From positions 1 to 64,000 of the forward strand of contig JAUGWO010000138.1 of assembly GCA_049724395.1 (NCBI GenBank): a stretch of 64,000 bases of DNA. Reading direction: 5' to 3'. The stretch is from Spongospora subterranea f. sp. subterranea. Lineage: Eukaryota. The translations under genes were made by a program, and so were the position numbers. Below are positions 21,896 through 36,680 of this stretch, one piece after another. The notes under the pieces were generated by a model, which was given only the letters and a program-made list of their open reading frames with translations, did no database searches and had not been told where the DNA came from. The stretch's first letter is position 1, and every line of letters begins with the position of its first letter.

Positions 21896-24172
21896 TCATA
21901 ACATAAAGACGGCCATGGCCAAATTCAGAACCAAACATGTTAAGGCGATACGAGTTAACGGTTCCGAAATTGAAGAGATGGCGGATGAAACCGAAAGGGA
22001 TTCCGGATCAGAAAGGGATGGAGCAGATGATATTACAAGAGGGGAATTGGAACTAGAACGACAAGGAGATGGCGTTGATGATGGGGGAATAGGATTGTCA
22101 GAGTAGGTTGGGGAACTGGAACGAAGAGGAATCAAACCATCATCGGCTGGAGCAGATGATGTCTGAGATATGGAGGGAGAAGGCGTCCTCGATGATGATC
22201 GGGAACTTGATTGGGGTCTGATAGGAGAAGGTTCTTCAGACGAGGTTGGGTCCTTTGATTGAGAAGAACTCGATGAAGTTTTTCCAGATGAGGTTGGGGC
22301 ATTTGATTGAAAACCGGACGACGAAGGAGTTCGTGATTGGGAATTGGGCGACGAAGGAGTTCGTGATTGGGAATTGGGCGACGAAGGAGTTCGTGATTGG
22401 GAATTGGGCGACGAAGGAGTTCGTGATTGGGAATTGGGCGACGAAGGAGTTCGTGATTGGGAATTGGGCGACGAAGGAGTTCGTGATTGGGAATTGGGCG
22501 ACGAAGGAGTTCGTGATTGGGAATTGGGCGACGAAGGGTTCGCAGATGAGGCTGGAGCATTTGATTGGGATTTAGATGAAGGTGCGATTGATTGTGATCC
22601 AGAAAACGTTTTCGCCGATGAGGTTGAAACACTTGATTGGGTGGCAGAAGAAGAAGGGGCGGTTGAATGGGAAGCGGAAGACGAAGGGGCACTAGATGGG
22701 GAACCAGAAGAAGAAGGGTTCGCAGACAATGTTGAAGCAGACGATGGTGCGTGTGTAGAAGGCGGCAACGATTTGGTGGTCTGACCGTAGACAGGGAATT
22801 CCTGTAGCGGATCCTGAATAAGTCCCCAAGTTGGTGGCGGGATGACACCTGGCGTCATATACAGGATTGTGCTGGTCGGACCTGATCCCATTGTGGACTG
22901 TAAACAACTACCACCTGGGCCCTGACCGGTCGAATTCGCACAGTAATACCCGACGGCGTTGTTGGTTTTGGCGCCATTCAACGGCCACACGGTGAAGTTC
23001 TGGACCACGATGTTGGAGCACGTGGGGACGTTTTGCCCAGTAGACGATGCGCCACAATTCAGCCACACGACCGGATTATACGAACTGGACGTGATGACGT
23101 GTCGAACGGTCCCGTAGAAGTTGCGAACGAACACGTCCTGGACAGTCAGGTTCCCGGCACCAGGTTGGATGCCGGATGGGAGATCGGGACAGGACCAGAA
23201 GAAGTCGATGGCGAATGGGAAATCAGTGTTCGACAGGATATAGTCCTCCAATGTGATGTTGCGAATCAATCCGTTATTGGTGGAACACGCTTTAATGTAA
23301 AACCCAGCGTAGGTATCGCGACTGTAAATTTTCCTGTAAACGATGTTCTGGATCGAGACAGTGTTGCCGACCGATGCGGTTGCCGGTTGGGCGAACGAGC
23401 CCATCTGGGTCCCTTCCGAGTGATTGCAGTAGATTCTTTCGACCAGGACGTTGTTCGCCGGCGACTTCAGCGTGACGCATTCGTCGCCATTGTGGATCTG
23501 GCAATCGTGAACCCAGATATTGCTGCCCGATATGTCGATGGCGTCCGTCTTCCCGTGCAGCGGCCCGATCACCAGCACCTCGAACACCTCCATGTTCGTG
23601 ATCGCCATCAACACCAGATGGAAATACGGGGACTGGAACACGTTCAACCGGCCGATCACGACGTTGGACGAGCTCTGCACCCTGAATGTATGAATATTGG
23701 ACCCATAATCCGGATAGAGATGTGCTTGGCCGTTCAGCGTTCCTCGAAGCGACGCCGTCTGGGTATTCCCATGATCACCCGATATCACCACCCGATCCGC
23801 GTTCTTGATCAGGAACGGGAAGTACTGGGTCTCCGACCCGCCCAGATCCGACAGATGGGTCGTGTAGAAGATCTGGGCGCCGTCCAGGTGTAGGAAGAAG
23901 TTCTGCCCACCCTGTAGGGCGACTTTCGAATTGAGCTGATAATTTCCAGGGGGAATATACAGGACCGCTTGCTGCGATATCGATGTCCTTCTCTTGTTTC
24001 CGAGAACGCAATCGCTATGCGCCTTGGTGATCGCCGCCCCGATCTCGTCATCGTAGGTGGTTACGTTACAGACCAGGGCGCCGTCATCATAGGTCAACGA
24101 CGTCGGAACCGACGATGATCGTACCGAAACACAGAGTAATAGACAGAATCCAGCGAAGGTGGTTCGATTCAT
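21896..24172 (-). CDS. Secreted GH28 glycoside hydrolase, rhamnogalacturonase (RhgA)-like, with Ser/Pro-rich stalk and hydrophobic C-terminus (probable GPI anchor)
   Basis: [51 protein letters not shown] closely follows the fungal rhamnogalacturonase pattern ([39 protein letters not shown]). Signal peptide from ATG 24172; intronless. Confidence 0.9.
   Translation of the reverse strand: [758 protein letters not shown]
22321..22530. repeat. Perfect 30-bp tandem repeat x7 encoding [10 protein letters not shown]
   Basis: ACGAAGGAGTTCGTGATTGGGAATTGGGCG occurs seven times exactly. Confidence 0.98.
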
Positions 24173-25614
24173 GGAGGTGACCGCGCTGGACACCAACTCA
24201 ATATCTGATTTTTATTTTCGGGCATGGACCCCCTTTACCTGAAAGAATCCCAGGGTCTTTTGCTGGCTGGATCTCCGTGAGAGAACCGCAGAGGCACGGC
24301 CGTGGCGATAAAATCCGGGGGTTTGTCGGAAATATCGCCAAGAAGGTGTCGGGAGCACAGGTCCTCGCCTGATCACTTCGACGACCACGATGATTTACTA
24401 CTATATCTCTGCGGTGGTGGAGCTGAAGCCAGCGAGCAGATGTGCAACGTCCGGTTAGCTGTAATTATCGACAGTGCAAAATATCTTGAACCGGTGAAAT
24501 TAGTCATATCCAAAATTCAAACATCCCTACATCGGTGGGATTGTTTGAGGATTTACAGTAACTGATCGGATTTCTTTCTTTTTTTTCTTTTTGAGGATTT
24601 ACTGAAAAAATCCGAGCTAGCGATTTCACTATCGGAATTTCATCATTACCGAGATGTTTTCGTCGCTGTGTTTTTCCTCGATCACTACGAGCAATTCGCT
24701 CCTATCTGACAGTGCCGATATTTTGAGAAAACAGAAGGCCATTTACAAACTAGGTTGTCTTGATTTTGATGGAGGAACCGCTCCGCTCCACGTTGTGCTT
24801 TCCATTATGCAATCGGGCATCGGCTGCCTTTGCCGTCATCAGCTTGAACTCATCAGCCCCATCTTTGTTCACTATCGTTTTTTTTTGTTCACCAAAATGA
24901 AGCTGCCCGAGTAATGTCGTGAATCAACACAAAATAGATGTGGGTTATTGAAGGAAAGCAATACATATTGAACTAACCTCTGCGCTTCATCGGCCTGGAT
25001 CAAAAACAACCTATGATTAGCTTGTCAATGATGGCACACATTGTATACCAATTTTGCCAACGCTGTTTTATGCCACAGCATTGACAGGTTTTGGGTGATA
25101 GCTCTGTGCTGTTTGTTTTACAGTGTTCCCAGATAAACACATGTTCAAGGCACCCACAGTCGAACGGGTGCCTCCGCTTGCTGATTTGTCCAATGATGGC
25201 CTTCGAAACAAAAATGCTTGAAGAACTTGAGTACTCGCCATCTCGACACGATGGAAACGCCTGGTATCGCAGTTAACCGAGAAGCTATCAACAAAGACCA
25301 AAGTGTAAGCGAACGTCGACTCCATCGTCAGTCACGCCAGGACAAGTTCATCGTACGGAACATCTCTCAGGTTCGCACCCAATGCTGCACAGTTGTTCGA
25401 GCTCATGGGATCGGAAAGTGTTGGTGTTTTGCATGTCGGAGTCACCTCTTGGAATGAACGACAAGTGCCTGGTCGAGTGGTCGAACCCCACGATCAACCT
25501 CAACTTGGTTACCGATTCCCATTGTTAAACATATGAATGAAAAATCACAAAACGTGAAGACGTTTTCTGTTTATTGATAAAAAAACAATTTTCTCTGCAA
25601 TGCGCTATACACAA

Positions 25615-26548
25615 TTATAAGGTTTCATAGATTGATTTGAGTATGTGGAAATGCTTTTGCAATAAATGATGTCTATGGTGTAAGCCGAAGAGCTTGCTCG
25701 TGACGGTCATTTGTTGATCGGACCCTAATCGGTATTGGGACGATATACTTTCGCACCTCTCCAATCTAACCGACAGCCGCGATAAGATAATTTTGGCTTT
25801 GACCAATCTTTCGTACGACATATCCAATAGGTGGACAGGGTAATGGTTTCGGCACACGAACCGCATCCACCTTTGATGAGATTTCATGGCGCCACGGTGC
25901 GCCTGTAACCCGCTGAGCATCATCCCGTTGTCTCTCTCGACCATTTCGCGGTATTCCCCAACTAAATCCTGATTCTGCTGCTCTTGGCTCTTCACCCAAT
26001 CTGTATATTCCATGTTCATATTCATGATTTTCACCATTCTGTTCATTATGGTCTTGTCGATAATCATGATCTTCGAAAAAATCTCCAAAAATGACTCTGC
26101 TGACATGGAAATGTTCTTATCTGAGGATTCGGAACCATCCCAAATCCTCTTAACTTTGATATCGGCATGGGGTGCGCCAAGTCGCTGCTCAATAATGCGT
26201 TTAATGGTTTGCGCTGTCCATAAAGTGAATTCAGGACGGGGATCGACTGAGATTATTCGAGGAGTCGTTATTATGCACTTGCCCATATATTCGGAATTGT
26301 CGTATTCTCCTTGGCCAACGGTCAGTTTCATTTGAGATATGAAGCCCCACCCCACCTATTCCTCCTATTTGAAATAGGCGACATAAATTATGTAATGCGG
26401 CGATCTCCAAATCAACATCCTCGTCTATCGTGGTGAGCATCTTTGCCGTATTTTCCAAAAAAACACGATCAAATCTGGAGTACCCTTTGTTCACTGTTGA
26501 AACAGCCATTGCTGCCTGAACCGCCGTCGGAATCAATAAACATGACAA
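25615..26548 (-). CDS. Hypothetical protein, probably frameshifted (pseudogene or sequence error)
   Basis: Overlapping 105-aa and 246-aa ORFs with protein-like composition and a poly(A)-signal-like AATAAA downstream. No family recognised. Confidence 0.4.
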
Positions 26549-26689
26549 ACGATCAATAAGAACGTTGATTCAGGGAGTTCAAAACCGATATGGGATTATG
26601 TTAAAGGAATCAGTCTGATGGGTTCACTTGATATCATAGACCATAGAATTCAGAGTATGCAGAGTACAACTCACAGGGGAAATGGGTCA

Positions 26690-27614
26690 TTGCCTGTCAT
26701 TGCCATGCAGTAACGAGGGTGAGGGAATGCAATCGCCTATCATTGTCATGCCCCAACGAAAGGAAGGGAATGTGATATATATCTCTTGTCGTGTAACGCA
26801 TGGAGGTGAGAGGAACTGCCTATCATTGTCATGCAGTAACGAAGTGCGGGGAAAGAAGTTGTCGATCACTGCCATGCAGTAACGAAGTGATGAGAAGGAC
26901 ACTGCAGTAACGAAGTAAGGGGAAAGAAGTTGTCGATCACTGCCATGCAGTAACGAAGTGATGAGAAGGACACTGCAGTAACGAAGTAAGGGGAAAGAAA
27001 AGTTGTCGATCACTGCCATGCAGTAACGAAGTGATGAGAAGGACACTGCAGTAACGAAGTAAGGGGAAAGAAGTTGTCGATCACTGCCATGCAGTAACGA
27101 AGTGATGAGAAGGACACTGCAGTAACGAAGTAAGGGGAAAGAAGTTGTCGATCACTGCCATGCAGTAACGAAGTGATGAGAAGGACACTGCAGTAACGAA
27201 GTAAGGGGAAAGATGTTGTCGATCACTGCCATGCAGTAACGAAGTGATGAGAAGGACACTGCAGTAACGAAGTAAGGGAAAAGAAGTTGTCGATCACTGC
27301 CATGCAGTAACGAAGTGATGAGAAGGACACTGCAGTAACGAAGTAAGGGGAAAGAAGTTGTCGATCACTGCCATGCAGTAACGAAGTGATGAGAAGGACA
27401 CTGCAGTAACGAAGTAAGGGGAAAGAAGTTGTCGATCACTGCCATGCAGTAACGAAGTGATGAGAAGGACACTGCAGTAACGAAGTAAGGGGAAAGAAGT
27501 TGTCGATCACTGCCATGCAGTAACGAAGTGATGAGAAGGACACTGTCTATCATTGTGTTGCAGTAACGAAGTAAGGGGAAAGAAGTTGTCGATCACAGCC
27601 ATGCAGTAACGAAG
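26690..27614. repeat. Minisatellite: ~10-11 copies of a 71-bp dimeric unit (43+28 bp), preceded by diverged ~43-bp monomers
   Basis: Unit GCAGTAACGAAGTAAGGGGAAAGAAGTTGTCGATCACTGCCATGCAGTAACGAAGTGATGAGAAGGACACT, with starts 71 bp apart (27048, 27119). The core TGCAGTAACGAAGT occurs twice per unit. Confidence 0.95.
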
Positions 27615-28087
27615 ATGACAGTGACTTTAGGAGCCCTGCTATCATGTCACTGGGGTGCAGTCATCTTTCGGGCCTGTTCATCTAGCGCTTGTTTCGATAG
27701 AATGGGTTCATGTTTCGTGAGTGCACTTGGCGGTGACTCGCTATCGTTACCTTGTTCATCAACATCACAGGTAGTCCCATAACTTAATCCTGCTGTATAC
27801 CTCATATCGAAAATCGCGACCAAATCAGCAAAACCTTTCGCTGAGCCAAAACCACAGCATGCCACCATAATGGATCAATTGTGTCCTGAAATGGGGCCAA
27901 CATTAGGATATTGACCGCGCATCTACGAACATATCGTTGATTGGAGCAGAGTTTGACTGAAACTGTGACTGAACTTGGTGTGTGTTGGAATCAGAAAAAT
28001 GATCCACCAAAAACATCTTGTGACGGAATACGCCCTATAAACTCCATACTCTTGCATAGTCACTGATCATCAAGGAATCTGCATTGA

Positions 28088-31346
<3,259 letters not shown>

Positions 31347-31399
31347 CAACTCTAGTGATATATAGGTAATTTAATAAATGATTGTAAATATAAATTATG

Positions 31400-32030
31400 T
31401 GTCGTCATCGAATCAACTTATATCATACCCGTTTAAAGTGTGCTAAATCTCGAAAGCTCAACCTAAGTCAGATCTGCTCAGCATTGCCTGCCAATTCAAA
31501 ACTGCAATCGTCAATGATGTTGATAATGCATGTATCCGCCCTGTTTAAAATTGCATATGTTTCTCGTTCAGCGTTCTATACCAGGTTTGTTGTGCATTGC
31601 TGTTGAGGCTGGTCCTCGTCTGTCAAGCAATCGTATTGTTTTCAACCATAAATTGAGATCGTGAAGGATCAATTAATAAAAACATGGAATCCAGAGCCGT
31701 TGGTGTGTATTATAGGGCTTGGCACTGATCGTGGCCATAAGTTCTTCGAACCATTGTTCAAACAGTCTTTCAGGCATGTCCTTCGAGTTTTGAATATTTG
31801 ACCCAACGAATCCGCTGTTTTGCGGAGCAGTCTTCTTGAACATCAACACGAACGAATTCCGCTGCCACCATCCAACAATGTCCACCGCCGTGACAAGCTT
31901 TCTTGGTGGCAGTTCCAGGGTCAATTCAAGCCATTGCAATGGCGTGGATCCAGTCTGATTCTGCACACACTTCGCACCGTCGGCAATGAGGACTGGAATG
32001 TCTATATATGGGTTATGGATCAACTTCAAA
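31400..32030 (-). pseudogene. Possible DDE transposase remnant
   Basis: SGFV and LFEQWFEEL segments resemble Tc1/pogo-type transposases. The signal is weak. Confidence 0.25.
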
Positions 32031-32546
32031 CACTTTCAGAATCTCATTTGCGTTAGTGTTGATATCGCCATTGGCGTTTTCCCGAGATGTCAACACACAC
32101 AGAATCTGTTGGTCAAGCGTTTAAAACAAGTGCTAATTAACAGCCCCTTTTAGACATTCCGTTTTTCCTATGTAGAAAGGGCTGGGTAACCGCCACAAAA
32201 CCATTTCATGAGCAGTATCAAGGCACCAAGATCGAGTTTACATGATGCAGTACACAGATTTTGCGTCTGCCGCCGATTTTGCTTTGTTCACTGCAAAGTG
32301 TGTCCAGGATACGGTCTGGATCTACGCCAACCAAATGGCACGGCATCTGATGACAACAGGTAATGAGTATTACATTGAACTCACTACAGTAGCGCTGCAG
32401 AAGGGCCGGTGGCCTAAACTTGGCGAATTCGAGATGGACGGATGCGAAGACTCAGAACCCGAGAGAAAGGTGCAACCCAGTCTGTGTAGCAGTACATGTG
32501 GGAAGTGGCCACACATGACTCAGGTTTGGCAAATGTCGTTGTAGTC

Positions 32547-32635
32547 TGTCTGTGTGTGTGTGTGTCTGTGTGTGTGTCTGTGTGTGTGTGTGTGTGTGTG
32601 TGTCTGTCTGTGTGTGTGTGTGTGTTGTGTGTGTG
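32547..32635. repeat. (TG)n microsatellite, imperfect
   Basis: About 90 bp of TG repeats with TC interruptions. Confidence 0.98.
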
Positions 32636-32775
32636 AACCTCCTACTAACCTCCTGTCTGACTGTGGGGGTTAAGCGACTGCATGAACTGCATCATCATCA
32701 GCACACCATATTTCTCCATAACCGTCTCAGGAGCCTATTCTCATCACCCGTTTCCAACCCAGTCAATATCCAGAC

Positions 32776-33387
32776 ATGCCCATGCCTCATGTTCTATCGG
32801 CCATCTTCCTCATCGTCATCTGCTTGGTCATTGGCCAGGGCGCCCTCCAGCCCGATATGCTCATGAGCTTGTCGGGTTTATCACCCGACCAGGGAGTGAA
32901 ATCTGGTCCGAAGCACGCCTGGCCGTTCTCCCCATCGTGGCTCTACCTTCTTCTCCCTTTAATCATGTCCACCATGTATATTCGCATGAAATGGGATCTC
33001 TATCGTTATGGCGCTCAGAAGGTGGCACCAAACCCCGATCTTCAACTGCAGCTGTCCCTACCAGCCGCCGCTCAATCTGACCCGGAGCTGGCCGCCATCG
33101 CTCATTTGCTGGGAAGGGAATTGTCGCTGGAAGAATGGGGAACAGTACGGTTAACCAATATGACTGATCGGCAGCTGCAAGCCCTTGGATTTCTGCCGGG
33201 ATGTCCATTCATGAACGCACCACAGTATCGGGGAAAATCAGTCCAAGAGGTGGCCGCCCTGTTGGGCTATAGCCATACAATGATCGCCAATCACGCTAGT
33301 AAACACGGTCGAGGACGACTGGCTAATCATCAGCCATGGTCTGATCCTGGCAGATGCGAAGAGGTGTTCGAATCGGCAAACACTTGA
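32776..33387 (+). CDS. Intronless 203-aa protein: signal peptide, one TM segment, C-terminal HTH-like motif
   Basis: VLSAIFLIVICLVIGQG, then WLYLLLPLIMSTMYI, then GKSVQEVAALLGYSHTMIANH. An AT-rich 3' flank contains AATAAA. Confidence 0.55.
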   Translation: MPMPHVLSAIFLIVICLVIGQGALQPDMLMSLSGLSPDQGVKSGPKHAWPFSPSWLYLLLPLIMSTMYIRMKWDLYRYGAQKVAPNPDLQLQLSLPAAAQSDPELAAIAHLLGRELSLEEWGTVRLTNMTDRQLQALGFLPGCPFMNAPQYRGKSVQEVAALLGYSHTMIANHASKHGRGRLANHQPWSDPGRCEEVFESANT

Positions 33388-33471
33388 ACCTCAGCCGTTG
33401 TTGGTGTTAAATAGATAATCACTTATATTATATAATAAATATTCAGCTAATCCGACCCATTTGGTGCTTGG

Positions 33472-35111
33472 TCAGGCTAGGTGCCTTTCTATAAATGCAC
33501 TAAATCTCTTAGCATATGCAGGAGGATTTACAGCTGATATGCTGGAGCGGTCATTGACTATTGCCTTGAAGAAGTGCTCCGTCTTCTTCTTCCAGTTGTA
33601 CTTCTGTAGATAGTCGATAATTCCCATAAAATATACATTTGCAATGCGTCGATTGCTATCTCTGGATAACAGCCCCCTTCTATCGTAACTCGATGGATTA
33701 TCAGCTTCTTCTGGCGTATATCCAAGGCGGGCAAGTAGCTCATCATCAGTTGGATTAGTCGGGTCCTGGTCCCGATTATATATCCCGATCAGCAAACTGT
33801 AGTCCATCTGCATTGCACTAGATAGAAAATTGGCGTCACTTTTCAAAATGGCCAGCACTGCCGGATAATATTCGCCTAGTTTCACTACAACATCGAGACG
33901 ATCGAAATCGACGTCTTTAAGGACGAGATCAGTCGACTTCGCTTCCCTTCCAAAAGTGGAACCTTTCAAGTCGAACTTGGATTGAATTGGTACAAGACCA
34001 TCGCGGGCGAATACATTCAGCATCACATAAAAATGAAGATTGTTTCGAGCTCCTGAAATGATCGACAGTGTGTTAGGTAGTGACTCCAGGGAATCAGCAA
34101 TTTGATTTCACCATAAAATTTGATACGATACAATCCAACAATACGAACAAGTAATGAGCTGGAATGTTCGTGAAGATGCTGAAAATAACCCGGAAGGAAA
34201 TCTCGAAACCAGAGAGATTCATTATGAGACATTGTCTTGATAATGTATTTCCCATCAGTGGTAAAGAAGAAAAATGCTCCAGACCTGTCGGAGCAGACGT
34301 ACATGAATGGGCGATTCGCAAACGAGAGTCGAACAAAAATGAGACCTGGAGTTGGAGACGAAATCATGGAAAGATTCCCCACCGGCTAAGGAGCCAACAT
34401 AATCCTCATTTGTAATACCCAACGATGACCTTAGCGAGGCAAACACTTGACCCGCCTAGACCCACCATAAATACATTTCCCCGATCTGAATAATCAAATA
34501 GCAATGAACTCACATAGCTTTTGAACCCAAATTTGATGGATTTACTCGCCACTTTAGGAGAGGCAGGGACCTCGGTGTTGGGGTCTTTAGGCTCTACCCT
34601 TGATTTTGGCCCATTCTTATATCTGACCTGTCAATCGATCAGGGAGCCCATAATTCGATTCCAGAACGGGACCGGTATACCTCGTGGTTCTGGGTTTCAC
34701 AGCCTCTCGAAATTGCTGGATCGTAATGTTCCCGATCGGTTTGAAGTTGGTCGAAGATGGTATACGGCCAATAGACACAGCCGAATCGTGAATAGAGGAT
34801 TTCCCTTCGGTCTCTGCCGATTGAGCGTCGCCATCCAGATTCTGGTTGGGCGAATCGTTCGACGGAATGAAAGAATGAGCGATCCCATGCATCAGCGCTT
34901 GTGAGGTATCGAACTGTGGATGTTGCGAATCAACAGTTTGGCAATTATCCAGTATCGATGATGTGATCGACGAATGTCCATCATCGAGTTTGGAGACGGT
35001 CGCCTGATGGACTATTGTCGAAGGGCGCTTGCCATTATCAGGGCTCCTGGATACAGCATGTTCAATGACATCCCCGAGGACCAGCTCTACCGCTCTTGTC
35101 CTCCTGCCCAT
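33472..35111 (-). CDS. Phosphatidylinositol phosphate kinase (PIP5K family), multi-exon
   Basis: FKSYAGQVFASLR, RSGAFFFFTTDGKYIIKT, SLLVRIVGLY, KFDLKGS, LKDVDF, MDYSLLIGI, YFMGIIDYLQ and SAVNPPAYAKRF, with short introns. Confidence 0.95.
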
Positions 35112-36369
35112 CTAACGGGGCGGCTCGTTGCCGGCGGCGCCTGGGCAATAACGGTTCCTCAGGGCGGGTAACTGAGGATAAGACCTAGAGCCTGTTGGGG
35201 TTAGGCCTCCTGTTCAGTCGTGATCCTTGGCTGGGTTACTGACCTCTAGTCACAGATGCCCACCTCTGCGCCTGACCTGGCCTGGCCCCCCAATCCGACA
35301 CCTCGCCCTGAGTGATAGGGGGTGGAAGACTGGGGCAGCCTGAAGGTGTAACTCGGCCCGCGGGGGTCTTGTCCTGGGCTTATGGGCACCACATGGTCTG
35401 ACCCCCACCCAACCCCGTTGGAGCACAAGCCACTCTACGCCAGGGTCCATGAAGCAGTTGACCCATACCTATGACTGCAGAGTGGACCTACACTCTGGCA
35501 ACTGTTATCTTCAATGGTCGAGTTCGACTCACCCGCTTGGTAAACGCGTCTGCTCAACATGCCGCAACCGGCAAGTGATACTTGATTGAATGGGAGATAC
35601 TCAAAATGCAAAAGACACGCTGTGTCACGAACATTGTGCTGAATAGGCTAATCCAGAACAATGCACTGTTCTATCAGGTTTTGATTCATTCTTGTCAACA
35701 CCATTCGCTGTATTGCGATCAATTGTTTTGTTCTAGCAACGGACTGAATACCCTACAGAGTACGGTTAAACGTCGCCAATGAACAGTTTACGGCGTGGGC
35801 TGAAAAACGCATCGAAACCAGTTGCTGTTTTCATTACTTGAAGGATCAAGGAACCACAGCTTCTCATCGCTTGTTTATACAACAAGCCACTGTCATCGTC
35901 TGCATGTAGTGCTCCTGACCATAAACTAAGCTCAACTGCGGAAGCGGCATTCCTTTTAGCACCCTAATCAAGCGCATGGTAGGGAATATGAGAGCGGCAA
36001 GGGGGGACTATGATTTCTTCGGCTCTTCCTTAAACAGATGGGAAATAAGGAAGAGAACCACCCAATTGCCGCTCTCGAACACGTTGTGAACCGTTGCAAC
36101 ATCCCTGACAATTCCGACCAATGCGATCTCTGTCCAGATGCATAGTCAGCATTGCGCTGCTCCTAAAAACAATTGGTACCACAATGCCATTTTTTCCGTA
36201 TAAAAGTCAGCATTTGTTGCAAAACCTTCAAGCATTACGGCGGTATGTTGAAGAGGACACATGTCTCAACACTAGAATATACTATTCGTCTATTCCTGAC
36301 TATTTGCGACGATTCGCAGCTTCGCTTGACAAATGTCGACTTTTGTGCCCCTATTCGCGACTCGGCTTC

Positions 36370-36680
36370 CTGCCCAGGAAATCCGCTCGATAGTTTTTCT
36401 TGAAGCTCTTGCATGTAAAAGCAGGGATTTTCTTGAACACAGTTTTCAACAAAGTCGTAAACTTCTTGCGGCCATCGAGCAAAGCGCAGACAAGGGACAT
36501 CGTTCACAACTTGCCCTGTATATTCAAATAAAGCATTCCATCGTTTTAAAGTACGCTTGGAAACCCCCATGATAACGGATACATCCTCAATATTGATGTA
36601 CAAATAAAGTGCAGAACAATGCATCGCCACCGCAAATCGGCGCTGAACATCGCTTCGACGCGGATGCTGTAACTTATCAC
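36370..36680 (-). pseudogene. N-terminal HTH region of an IS630-like transposase, frameshifted
   Basis: FSADLRWRCIVL, then VSVIMGVSKRTLKRW and ENPCFYMQELQEKL. Confidence 0.65.

Noticed and set aside
22132..23893. Overlapping ORFs with repeats (ELLRRPIPNH, GDEGVRDWEL, 286-aa plus-strand ORF)
   Set aside because: These are alternative-frame and antisense shadows of the GH28 gene and its 30-bp repeat.
26832..27614. CRISPR-like array (constant TGCAGTAACGAAGT with intervening sequences)
   Set aside because: The intervening sequences are the same two alternating strings rather than unique spacers, there are no cas genes, and the context is eukaryotic.
35190..35210. Telomerase RNA template (CCTAACCCCAAC on minus; similar at ~990-1002 on plus)
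   Set aside because: Not a clean 1.5x copy of a telomere repeat. At 35200 it is better explained as an intron branch site.
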